This document shows, piece by piece, positions 11,891 through 23,615 of a stretch of 64,000 nt of DNA (positions are counted from its first letter, which is position 1; every line of letters begins with the position of its first letter). The translations under genes and the position numbers were made by a program. The DNA comes from Lama glama. Its lineage: Eukaryota. The DNA lies in NCBI GenBank assembly GCA_028534125.1, contig CM052832.1, forward strand, positions 23,810,001 to 23,874,000, given 5' to 3'. The notes beneath the pieces are model-generated. The model was not told where the DNA came from. It was given only the letters and a program-made list of their open reading frames with translations, and did no database searches.

Positions 11891-13666
11891 GGATGGAGAC
11901 ACCCTGTTTAAGATGGTTGATGTGGGGTGGACCTAGTCTTGTTATATGAGTGGATGCTGGTGACCTAGTTTGCATTTTTATGCTAAAGACAGTGCTTGTC
12001 ACATAACAGGTGAGTGAATATGAATGAATAAACAAATTAACGTTGAAGTGATAAATAAAAATGAACCTTCTGAGAAGTCAGATGTGATCTGGATAGCAGA
12101 AGTAAACTTATCTAAGATGGCAATAGTTATTCATGTTTTGATATGTGCATTTTTCATTCATAAGTGAACAAAATTATGAGACATTTTCTTTTATATCCCC
12201 CTCCTCTGTTTTCCTTCACAAGTTTTTTTTTTTTTCCACTTGGTGTCCACTTACCCTGACCTCATCATGCTTTTTTTGGTTCCTATTCTCTGTTAAAATG
12301 TTTACTGAGCACCTACTTTGTGGCAGATATAATCCCTCACATCCGTGAGAAATGAAAAGACCTCTCCTACGGGGTTTACGAGCAGTGAACAGACAGTAAA
12401 CAACACACATATTAAACACATTATGCTATGAAAAAGGGAGTGGAGCCGTAAACAGGGATCAGAGGTGCTGGGGAGTTTTTAAGTAAAGTAAAAAGCCTTA
12501 AGTAGAATTTTTGGCTGGCTGAAATATTTGATGGAATATTTGGTTAATTCTGTTCGATCTAGCCAGTCTATCACATGCTAGCAGTCAATCAGCATATCTG
12601 TGAGGACAAAACAGGACCTAGAAGGGGATAAAAGTTGCTTTTTCCTTCAACTGGCTAACATGAATTCAGCCACTCACAGGCTACATGGTTCACTTTCAAT
12701 TCCAGACACTCGGACCTTGGCACACAGTACAGGAGAACACGCTTGCTGCTGATTAGAACTACAGAATAAAATACACAAGCTGCAGTGTCAAATACCCATT
12801 TGACTACCTTGGTGTCTTATCAATCTTGTTTTTTGGGTTTTTTTTTTTCCCTATTAGGTATCTTTTGTCAGCCTTGGGTCCTTCTAATTTCCAGCCCGGA
12901 GAGTTATTTTTTAAAATATTGTCAGTTTCTTATTTCTTTATGGTGACCGCAAAATAAAAAGTTAAAATATGAATACATGCACCCTACCACTGGCCAACAT
13001 CACAAAAGAAGTTAGTAAGTTTCAGAGAGGAAAAACACATAAATATTTCCCATACTTGGTTATAGAAGATTTCTCTGAATTTCTAAGATGTACCTTTCCA
13101 GCATCACATATTAGCACTGCAGAGTACAAAATGCAGTTCTGCAAAGGAAAGGCCAAAAGGTGAAACTCTTTCCTTCTTCCTGGCACACAGAGTGTTCTTT
13201 CCAGAATAAACATACGGACAGGCTAGAGCTAAGCCAACAGAATTCAGTTCTCATCAGCAAGCTGTGTCACGAACCCCACAGAAGCCTGCGTAGGTCCTCT
13301 GAGGTGGGTATCATCTGAGGATCAGTTTCGAGGGGAGGGAGGAAATGAATTATTGATTGGTAACTAGAAATCAGACACTGTACTTTGTATTCTGTATCTT
13401 ATTTAAACATCACAAAATCTTGGAAAGATTGGCATTATTTATTCTTGTTTTATAAATGAAGGAACAAGGTCAAGGAATGCTCAGTGACTTGACTGAGATC
13501 ATCTGGCATCGCAACTCAGATACGCCTGGCTCTCAAAGCTGATATTCTTAGGCATAATGAAAACAAACCTTGGTTTGAAGTAGGACACACCTGAGTCTAA
13601 ACCACATCTCTCAAGAGAATTGGGGCTCATTCCCTTCTCTGAGCCCCAGTGTTCTCCTACGAAAAG

Positions 13667-14084
13667 TGTCACCCGCAAAGCCCATTAACGATTCCTGGGG
13701 AATAAAAACAGAATCTGGGTAACAAAGTCTAACCTCTTCCCCCAATTTGTGCTTAGTCTAGTTTCACTTGCTCACAAGGTCCTGCATGCAGACATCTTGC
13801 CCCCCACTTCAGACTCAAGTTCCTGGTGCCGAAAGGCTGGGACACCTCAGCTCAGTGTGCTGGGAGCAGGGATGCCACGCCCAGCACTACGATCTGGAGC
13901 CATGAGCAGGGAGAACTCCATCCTCTCCCTGCCCAGAACCCCAACACGTGCTCACACCCCTCCATTCTTGATCAAAGCATAAAGCTTTCCTTTGCTTGTG
14001 AAACCAAATTCAGTCTTGTATTGGCGTGAGTGACACCCGGCAGGAGGACCCTTGCTGGGGACTGACTCAGGAGGGTGGGTAACA
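13667..14084 (+). mobile_element. ERV solo LTR (~418 bp) inserted into a MIR
   Basis: TG...CA termini with inverted ends (tgtcaccc / gggtaaca). Degenerate polyA signal 'cataaagctt' followed by a U5-like segment. 4-bp flanks aaag/gaag. MIR-like sequence lies on both sides (~13570-13666, 14085-14185). Confidence 0.65.
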
Positions 14085-17084
14085 GAAGGAGTAATGCTTA
14101 TCTGTAAAGCTCTGACAAAAGAGATAACATGTGTGTGATGTCTGACACAACGGGAGCCTATAAGTGGTAGCTGTGGTTATTTTCATAATTACTCAAACAT
14201 TTTACTGACCACAGATGCTGGAGAAACAGCCAACAAAACAGAATTATTGCTCCAACATCCTAATGGATAAAAGAGCAGAGTGCCCGTGATATTCGGTCAA
14301 AAGGATGAGCTTCCAGTGGAGATGGAGGTCTCCTCTTTCAGAGCATCCCAGGCAATTCACTCAAGGGCTCCTGGCACATACTAGGCCAGCTGGACACAGA
14401 GGGGGCGCCCTGACAGTCTCTGAGGGACAGTCCTTGGGAGAGGCTGCCCCAAATCAATGTCAGGCGTACCCGCATCCCCTCCAAGGTGCTGGCACCACAC
14501 TGCACTCAGAGAACTTTAATGCCGTGGCCAGATGGAACCAGTGCTGAATGGTAGTGACTGTGTTGTTGCTGCTGATTTGTTCAAAGGCAGCTCCTCTTGT
14601 GGCTCATCAGTTTCAGAAATTTTGGAATTACATCCATTTCTAGACTTTCTGGTGCAAGCTTTTCCCTATGTTTGTAGGAGTGGGCCATGAGCAAAGACAC
14701 ATGTCATCCTAGAGTGGGGGAATGTCCTGTTTGCTTGGGACAAACCCGGGGGCACTGAGGCAGCACAAGAAGGTTCCACACACCTGGGCACCCATGTCAG
14801 TCCTGGTTATAGTCTTGATTCTGCCCCTTATCGACTGAGGGAATGACATCCACCTCACAGAACGGACGGGAAGCAACAGGTGCTCCATACTCATCACCCC
14901 TCTTCCTGCGCACACTTCTGGAGGGTATAATTTGAGGCCAGCTGCAGTACCGCAGAGGGCCACTTCAGTGACTCACACGGATTACTATTCAGTGAGATGC
15001 TGCCATGTGACTGGTACTACGGTTTCCACCTCGACAGATGCTAATTCTTCTGACTTTGTTCTTTTGTTTGTTTGTTTTCTCCTAATGACTTTGAAATGAA
15101 GTATTATTATCCCCATTTTTCAACAGAGGAAACTGAGGTTGAGGCAGACTTAATATTTTCTCTTTGAAATTAATGTTGGCTTGTTAACGTGATTTTTTTT
15201 ATAACAGGGTCTAAAATTCACTGAACAATAACTATTATACGCCACAATGAGCACACTCCTGGCACCGTGCAGGCTCAGATGAATGAGATGGTCACGTGAA
15301 CACATGGTCACAGCAGTCAGTGGCGCCTTGTGACTGAGTCTTGGGAGGGGGGGAAGGGCGGGTGCAGGGGGGTGGGGGTCAGCTGGGACAGTCCCGAAGG
15401 GCTACGTTTGTTCATTCTTTAAGGATGAGAAGAAATGTGAGGGGGAAAGGCATTCTAGGCTGAGAGAACAGAAGACAAACACACACACGCACACAAAAAG
15501 CACAGAGGCATAAAAAGTCATGGTGTGTAGAAAACAAATTTTCTTGGATGGCAGGGAATACAAATCCTGTGTCGGTGTTCTGGGTGGCGAGGCTGCCAAG
15601 ACGTGGGGCCCCGCCTGCAGTGCTGAGGAATATGGATTTTAGTAAGGAGCCTGGAAGGACTGTGGGCAGAGCTGTGCCCGATGAGAAGCTTAGATTAACC
15701 AATCTGGCAGGGAGAAGAGAGAGCCAGGTGCGGGGGCAGCACCACAGCAGAGGCAGCAGGCCAGTTAGGAGCTGCTGACAGGGTCCGATGAGGAACAGAG
15801 GGAGGCAGGGGCAAGGGCAACCGGGAGAAGGGATGGATCCAGAGGAAGGTGGGCAAAGGATGGATCTGGTGGCTTTTCTGCTGTTTTGTCAGCACCTGGT
15901 ACGTAGTAGGCACTCAGCAGTCAAGCGCCGAGTTGGTGAATGAGGTGAGTATGAAAAGCAATGGCAGAGGGACACATGGAGGATGATTCCAAGCTCCTTG
16001 TTAGGAGGATGCCGTTTAAAACGGCAACTGCGTTCTGCTTACGTAGTCAAGGGGAACTACAGGATTCCACAAACGGAGATGGCACGTGCCGGCCACCGCA
16101 GCTCATCCTGGGAGCCAGAGGTGACCACGAGAATATGCCGCACCAGGACTTTCGGACATCCTGGAATTTCCGAAGGATACAGGAGGAGAATTCAAGCCCC
16201 TCCTCTTACCTGAATCTCAAGGTAAAGAGTGACGTCTGCTGGCCATCAGGCTACGGTTACATAGTCAACAAGATGAAACATTTTTTGATCCCTAGCCTTT
16301 TAATGATCCCCTGTGATGCTATCTGGGCTCTTTTATAAGAAGCTCTCCTGTGGTCTTTATGATATCCTGGTCATGCTTAAATATTGTTATTTATATACGT
16401 CTTCTTCTCTCGAAAAAATTTAAATTACCAACAGTCATAAATTCCTAGAGTTTTACCTCCTATTATTTTGTAGGATTTTTCTATTTTATTGGTTCTTAGG
16501 ACATGCTTGGCCACAAACACAGGAAATTGTGGTATATGAGGATCTTTAGGTTTTCAGACTTTCACAGCATGATGGCGCTGTAAACGGTGGGAACACGCAC
16601 CTCTGCATCCTCAGAAGTCCCTGCACTGTATGGGGGCCTGGCAGGGCCTGCATGGATGTGCAGTTTGAAGGCTACTTCAATAGAAGGTTCTATGCACCTC
16701 CAGGAAAGAGCATTTGAAACAGGGAAAACGAGGTAAAACTGGGAAGACTGGGATACTATTCAGATTTTCCTTTCAAAACGCATATACTTTTTGGAAAACT
16801 GTGACCTTATTAATAATTAATAACCCCTTTAGCTACCATCTGACCCTTTTTCAGGGTCAGTGGAAATCAACCAAGAGCAATAAAGGGGCTAAACAAGAAA
16901 GGAGGAGTGGATGGGAGGCAGGAGCTTGCCCTGCAGGAAAAGGGTGCTGAGAGGGGTGAGGTCCACATCTGGCACTCCCACCGTATCCCAGGACTAACCC
17001 TAGACGTGATTCTCAGAACCAGGGCCCATGCTACGTTGGGCTGGAGTGACACTGGTTACCAAGCCTGGCTGGGAGAGCAGGGTG

Positions 17085-17265
17085 GCACTGGGAACCAGAG
17101 GCTTGTGCCCTGGGCTGGAAAGAGCCCAGCTGATCACTGCAGGTCTCTGGCAAGTTCTGTAACTGAACATCTGTGAGCTTTGATCTCTCCATCTGGAGAT
17201 GGAGGATAACATTACTACCCATGCACTCCAGCGTGACATTGTGAAAATTAATAGGTGATAGAAGA
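17085..17265 (+). mobile_element. MIR SINE
   Basis: 'ctgatcactgc...ggcaagtt...tctgtgagctttgatctctccatctggagatggaggataac'. Confidence 0.55.
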
Positions 17266-18999
17266 AGTCTGAGATCCTTGAATTAAAAGGTCTCTCATAA
17301 ATATTCACACAAAATGCCATCAGTATTCATGCCATTTACGTTAGGATTAGTGGGGAAAAAAAACCCAGCACTGGGAAATCTGTTTTATTATTTCTATATG
17401 CCATTCTGCTTATCTCATCCTTTCCCGCTGATCTCCCCAGCTTCATGAAACAAATACCATCCCTTCTCTACTGGCTCTCTCGCTGTGAGTAGGGAAGTTG
17501 GAAATAGCACGTGTGCCTGGCATTTCGGATTCATTCAGAAGAATCTTCAGAGTAGAAAATCATAAAGAGTGATTTTTCAAATGCAGTAAAAGAAAACCAT
17601 CTTGGGGGAAGAACAGTTTGCGTCCAGAAAAGCAACGGATGTAAATCCCAAGACAATGACACAACCCATCCTTCATCTGTAACAGGGACAACTCCAGGTG
17701 TCCACAGGCAGCTGCTGAATGGTCTCAAAACCATATTATCCACGGGGCTTTCTTACTCTGGACAACTCTACGGTGCTGCCACAGCCCCATCTCCTGCTCA
17801 GGCGTGTATGTGTTGCTTGCACTGGATCCAGTTCCACATAAAGCTACCCCCAGGCTTGACTACACAACACACACGCTCAGGTCCATATGGATCCTACTTG
17901 ACTTTTCATTGTAAAACACCTGGGGAACATGGTAGATGGAGATGAAAAACAAGGTGTTTACAAACTGGTGATGAAATACGATATTTATCCTGTCAGCTGA
18001 AATGAACCCGGCAGATGTATTTTTGGTTAAAATTAAAATCGTGAGCCCTATCAGGTTGCCCCCCAGCGATGCTGCCAGATGCACAGCGTGTGTCTGACAA
18101 AGAGGCACCCCCGCGGTCATTTGAGCCAGGCTGTGGGTTCCAGCAATTCATGAGAGGAAAGCTCATTACAAGGGCTTCCTGAGAGCAGGGGACCCATCCA
18201 GGGGTCAAATACAGACTTGTGAAAGTGGGAAAGAAATGATTCTTTCCTACCTTTCCCTACCTACAAACATCCTCACTGTCCGGGAAGAGTTCTGGAAAGA
18301 AAATGAATGGAGTTATCACCTCTGATTTTGGTCTGCAAAAGCAGTTCTCATCTCAGACTAGCAAACAGACACGCTCCCAAGGACACGGTGTGGGCACAGA
18401 TAAACTTTTCTCATTATGGTTGCTGGGACCTCTCTTCCCACTGGACTTGCACAACTCCAAAGAGGAGTGGCCTGTATGTGTCCAGAAGATATATAGGAGA
18501 GACACAGCAGAGAGTCCACAAGGCTGATTTCTAGGGCAAGCTGCTCTGGGTTTTTTCAGGGTCCTCTTACACATAGTTTATGAGGATGGTCCACTTTCCT
18601 TAACACTGAACAAGGAGATGGTGGTTCCGGATGCGAAAACAATACTGCTGGCAACACCAGGGAAGGATCTCTAAGCTGCGTTTACGGCCAGCCTTCCTAA
18701 GGGCTTTGTGGTCAGTGGTAGGAGCTGGACACGTGAGAATGCTATACTGAGGGGTCCTGGGGCTCCATGCAGGTTTGAATTTCCATCCTTTCACACCTTC
18801 CCTTTCCAGACGGGTATTTGGCTTTTTTGCACAGGGGCCAAGCCCCACTCTATCCCATTGCAATAATGAATCCCAGTCAAACTGTATTCTTTGTCATCAC
18901 CTCATCTGCACCCTGGTGAGCTAGTCTACTGCTGGCTATGTCTCCCTGGAGTGTGGCCACCTACATACCAAGGATGTCCTTCACACTGACATGTGTTCC

Positions 19000-21110
19000 A
19001 TGTGTACACATGACATCTTAGGAAGTCACAAAGATTCTCATAGAACTGTCCATCAGAATTAGAAAAGAAACAATGGAGGGAAAGAAAGAATTAAGGAGAA
19101 GAGCTATATGTTATGTACCCTGGACTCCTGAGAAGGAATGTGGGGGATGGGAACCCCCTGCCAATAAAATAATCTTAAAAAGAGAAACAAGATACAACAA
19201 ACACATATAATAAACTTCATAAACGATAAATAAGTCAAACAAATAAAATCCCCTAATTAACAGCCTAAGTCCTATATAAAAGTCTTACAAGTTAAAAGGC
19301 AATGAATAAAGCCCCATGGACCTGGGACTACCCATGTGAACACGTCTGGATGAGCTAATTACAAAGCTTCCAAAGAGAGACAGAAGAAATGGTTACAGCT
19401 ACAGAGGAATACTGCATGATACGAAGCTCAGCACAACCTGCAAATATTACAAAGGAATAAAAACACAGAGAGGAGACTTGGTGCAGCACAGATGGTCAGT
19501 GTTACCATGACATGCTCAACCAACTGGCCCAAATTATGGCTGCATTGGACAGACGGTAATACTGGAACAGCACCTGACACACCTACTATTAACCATTGAA
19601 TTATGTCTCCCCTACATTCGTATGTTGAAATTCTAAGCCCAAGTACTTCAGAATGTGACCTTTTATGGAAAGAGGGGTGTTATGGTGTAATTAGTTAAGA
19701 TGAGGTCACACTGGATGGAGTGGGCCCCTAGTCCATCATGACAGGAGAAATCTGGACACAGACACACACGCCGGAAAAATGCCATGTGAACATGCAGACA
19801 GCGATGGGGTGACGTGTCAACAAGCCAACGAACAACAGATTGCCAGGAAATCACCAGAAGCGAGGAGAGATGCCTGGAAAAGGCCCTTCCCTGGAGCCGT
19901 CAGAAGAAGCATGGCCCTGCTGACACCTCAGTTTTGGACGCCTATCCTCCAGGACCATGAGACAATGAATTTCTGTGAAGCCACTCATCTGCGGTACTTT
20001 GTTACGGCAGCCCTAGCAAATGAACACACCCAGGACGTAAGAGCAAAGAATCTCAGGCTTTGAAGACCAGGAATCCAATGGAGTCAGGAAGAGACTGTGC
20101 TGAGCACAGAGGTAGGAACAGAGATAGGAGAACATTTACTGAAGGGAAACAACTTGGGCAGAGACATCATGAGAACCCAGGCAAATGTGCTCAGTGGTGG
20201 GTGACTTCCTGTGGCCGAATTTCCCCTCACATGCTTGTCTATCTATCACTTAAAAAAAAAAAAAGACAAAGGCAAAGCTTTACTGCTATCACAAATAAGG
20301 GAAATCGGAATCTAATGATGTAAGGATAATAATGCAATTTAGATTTCCCTCCTTAGACTGGGAGGAGAAGAGGGCTGGGTGGAGAAACTACGACAAAGCC
20401 AAGAGAAAGTACTTAACCAGGGTCACCTTACTCTTTGAAGGCAGAGAAGAATGTTTCAAGACTTAGAGGACTTAAAACAATTGGCCAACTAAAAACACAA
20501 ACAGTGGGTCCCAAAGTCTCACATCCATTATGTCACTGTCGGAGATAATTAAGGCTAGACGGAGACTTAAAGACCTCTTTGAGAAACAAATGAATTAGAG
20601 TATTAAGCAAGGATTAATGAATAATCCTTTCATTAATAATGAAAACAGTTAGTAAATTAGCAAATAAATTCTTGGAACTATCGGGTATTAGCAGAACCTC
20701 AAAAGGATCGCAGATAATAACTACGAAGAATGAATAGTAGAAGCGGAACAAAAGACTCCTTTTGTTTCCTGACAGGGAATCAAAGTTTACTTGGTTAATA
20801 ACAGAAATAAACAGAAGCAATTAGAATGCTTTTTTTCTTGAAATACATTCATGCTAAAATGTTAAGAAACAGACCACTTAACGTTATCTTTTGGCCTAGC
20901 ACAAAAAGAAATAAAGAGTTTAAAATACAACAGAAAACACAGAAATGAAATCAGTAAAGGATTACAATAAAGATACATTTACTTGGCTAAAGGACAAATT
21001 ACGTATCCAAAAGTAAACGTGAACTTGCTTATTAAAATGAAAAAGCAATCGACTGAACTAAAAAATAAAATTTAACAATCTGCTGTTTGATAAAATATAT
21101 TTAGTACCAC
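19000..21110 (+). mobile_element. Ancient fragmented L1ME/HAL1-like remnants (interrupted by MLT1C)
   Basis: Strongly A-biased plus strand with decayed L1-like phrases. No intact ORF. Confidence 0.35.
19590..20030 (+). mobile_element. MaLR solo LTR (MLT1C-like)
   Basis: 'tgaattatgtctcccc...cagaatgtgaccttttatggaa...aagcatggccctgctgacacct...gtactttgttacggcagccctagcaaatgaacaca'. Confidence 0.8.
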
Positions 21111-21959
21111 ATCATTTTGATAAACAGCCTGAGATTTAACCCACTTAAATACAGTGCAGAGACATCTGGGCTTTTCTATGTTAGGTGCAATTTCACACAC
21201 TTGAATCCTGCTTATTTTGCAAGCCTTGGTTCAAGGGGCCCTTTCTCTGTGACTCTGACTCTAACTTTGCCAACCTGCAGGCCGTGTTCAAGACTGCTGC
21301 CTAGAAACCCCCATCAACTCAGCATTTATTACACTGTACCCCATTTAGATTAATTTTTTGCCCTCATTAGACCTTGAGCTCGTGAAGAAAACAGCCGATG
21401 GTATTTCCAAGAGCAGCTAATCAAATTACGGAATACGATGTATCTATTAGAATGACAAATACATTGATTAAGAAGAGAAGGATGGACATCTGAGGCTCAG
21501 CATTCCTTTGCTCACGCGTCGGCATGAGAGCACACGTATTCTGAGAACTTTGGTCCTCCAGGGGGATTGGGATATTGGATTTGTTTTGGCGGAGGAGTTT
21601 TGGGGAGAGGACTCAGATGCAGAAACAATATATTGCAAAGGGCCTTGAATGTCATTCTACAGAGTCCACACGATGGACTGCACAGGCCATGGGAAACAGT
21701 GGCAGGATTCCAGATGAGTTTTGTTTTGTTTGTTTACTCTATTTTGTAACAGTACCTACGATGAGAGAAAGGGGAATATATTGGAGGAGGGAGAGCTTGG
21801 AGGCAGAGGGACTAGTTATAAGAGGTTACATCTAGAGTGTTTGTCAGGGAGTGGTGGGATTTTTTTCTTCTTCTTATGTCCTTTTTTTTGTTGTTGCTCA
21901 GTTTTTAAAAAAAAAAGCATACTTGTAATACGTTTACTTAAAAAATTTAAAAAGCAGAT

Positions 21960-22115
21960 GATCATTCTCTTTTTCTCTTTCTTTCTCTCTTCTCTTCTTT
22001 CTCTCTCCTTCCCTCTTTCACCTTCTTTTATCCCTTCCTTCTTCCTCTGTCCTCCCTCTTTCCCTTTCTACTTTCTTTTTTACTTCCTTCCTGTCTCTTA
22101 CCCTTTCTTTCCTTC
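21960..22115. repeat. CT-rich low-complexity (polypyrimidine/polypurine) tract
   Basis: Directly visible. Confidence 0.85.
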
Positions 22116-22505
22116 TGCATTAGGGCACTGGGAATGGAGCAGAGGTTTCAGATCCCACAGGTTCTGTGGTCAGGGTGTTGTCTGGACTCAGAGATTGAAT
22201 AGACAGACGTGAGGGTGAACGAAAAGGAGAAGTCAAAAGGACTTAAGAGTTTCTAGTTCAAGTGACAGGGCGATCTGGAGTTTCAACAACTGAGAGAAAG
22301 AACGAGGAGGAAGAGAACAGAGTTTGGTAGAGGTGTGTAAGTGTATTTGAGGCTCACACAGGGTTAATCCAGGCCTAGCGTCAATGAGAGAGGCCTGGAG
22401 TCTGGAGATGTACAGCTGGCACCATTGGCATAGGGGTGATTGATACCACTGTGGAAATTGATGAAATTGATCAGGAAAAGACTAGATTCAAGAAAGTCCT
22501 CTTCT

Positions 22506-23615
22506 ACATACAAATGGTCAGTAAGCACATGAAAAAATGCTCAATATCACTAATTATCAGAGAAATGCAAATCAAAACTACAATGAGGTGTCACCTCACA
22601 CCAGTCAGAATGGCCATCATTTAAAAGTGTACAAATGACAAATGCTGGAGAGGCTGTGGAGAAAGGGGAACCCTCCTACACTGCTGGTGGGAATGCAGTT
22701 TGGTGCAGCCACTGTGGAAAACAGTGTGGAGATTCCTCAAAAGACTAGGAATAGACTTACTGTATGACCCAGGAATCCTGCTCCTGGGCTTATAACCAGA
22801 AGGAATCCTACTTTAGAATGACACCTGCACCCCAATGTTCACAGCAGCACTATTTACAATAGCCAAGACATGGAAACAGCCTAAATGTCCATCAACAGAT
22901 GACTGGATAAAGAAGATGTGATCTATTTATACAATGGAATACTATTCAGCCATAAAAACTGACAACATAANNNNNNNNNNNNNNNNNNNNNNNNNNNNNN
23001 NNNNNNNNNNNNNNNNNNNNNNNNNNNNNNNNNNNNNNNNNNNNNNNNNNNNNNNNNNNNNNNNNNNNNNNNNNNNNNNNNNNNNNNNNNNNNNNNNNNN
23101 NNNNNNNNNNNNNNNNNNNNNNNNNNNNNNNNNNNNNNNNNNNNNNNNNNNNNNNNNNNNNNNNNNNNNNNNNNNNNNNNNNNNNNNNNNNNNNNNNNNN
23201 NNNNNNNNNNNNNNNNNNNNNNNNNNNNNNNNNNNNNNNNNNNNNNNNNNNNNNNNNNNNNNNNNNNNNNNNNNNNNNNNNNNNNNNNNNNNNNNNNNNN
23301 NNNNNNNNNNNNNNNNNNNNNNNNNNNNNNNNNNNNNNNNNNNNNNNNNNNNNNNNNNNNNNNNNNNNNNNNNNNNNNNNNNNNNNNNNNNNNNNNNNNN
23401 NNNNNNNNNNNNNNNNNNNNNNNNNNNNNNNNNNNNNNNNNNNNNNNNNNNNNNNNNNNNNNNNNNNNNNACACAAGATCTTACAGTAGCTCATAGAGAA
23501 AAATATGTGACAATGAATATATATATGTTCATGTATAACTGAAAAATTGTGCTCTACACTGGAATTTGACACAACATTGTAAAATGATTAAAAATCAATA
23601 AAAAATGTTAAAAAA
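22506..23615 (+). mobile_element. Young camelid-type L1, 5'-truncated (ORF2 C-terminus + 3'UTR), spanning an assembly gap
   Basis: ORF2-like peptide '[33 protein letters not shown]'. 3' end 'gaatttgacacaacattgtaaaatgatt...aataaaaaatgttaaaa'. TSD aagaaa(g/t)tcctcttct at 22490-22505 and 23616-23631. Inserted into L2-like sequence. Confidence 0.9.
22971..23470. other. Assembly gap (500 N)
   Basis: Run of n. Confidence 1.

Noticed and set aside
15874..15950. Plus-strand acceptor/donor pair suggesting an antisense exon (15891-15944)
   Set aside because: The sequence looks like an L2 3'-end remnant and no partner exons are evident.
21721..22212. 163-aa F/S/L/P-rich ORF
   Set aside because: It is the translation of a CT-rich low-complexity tract.
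22923..23572. Long ORFs of 183-208 aa
   Set aside because: Artefacts of translating the 500-N gap.
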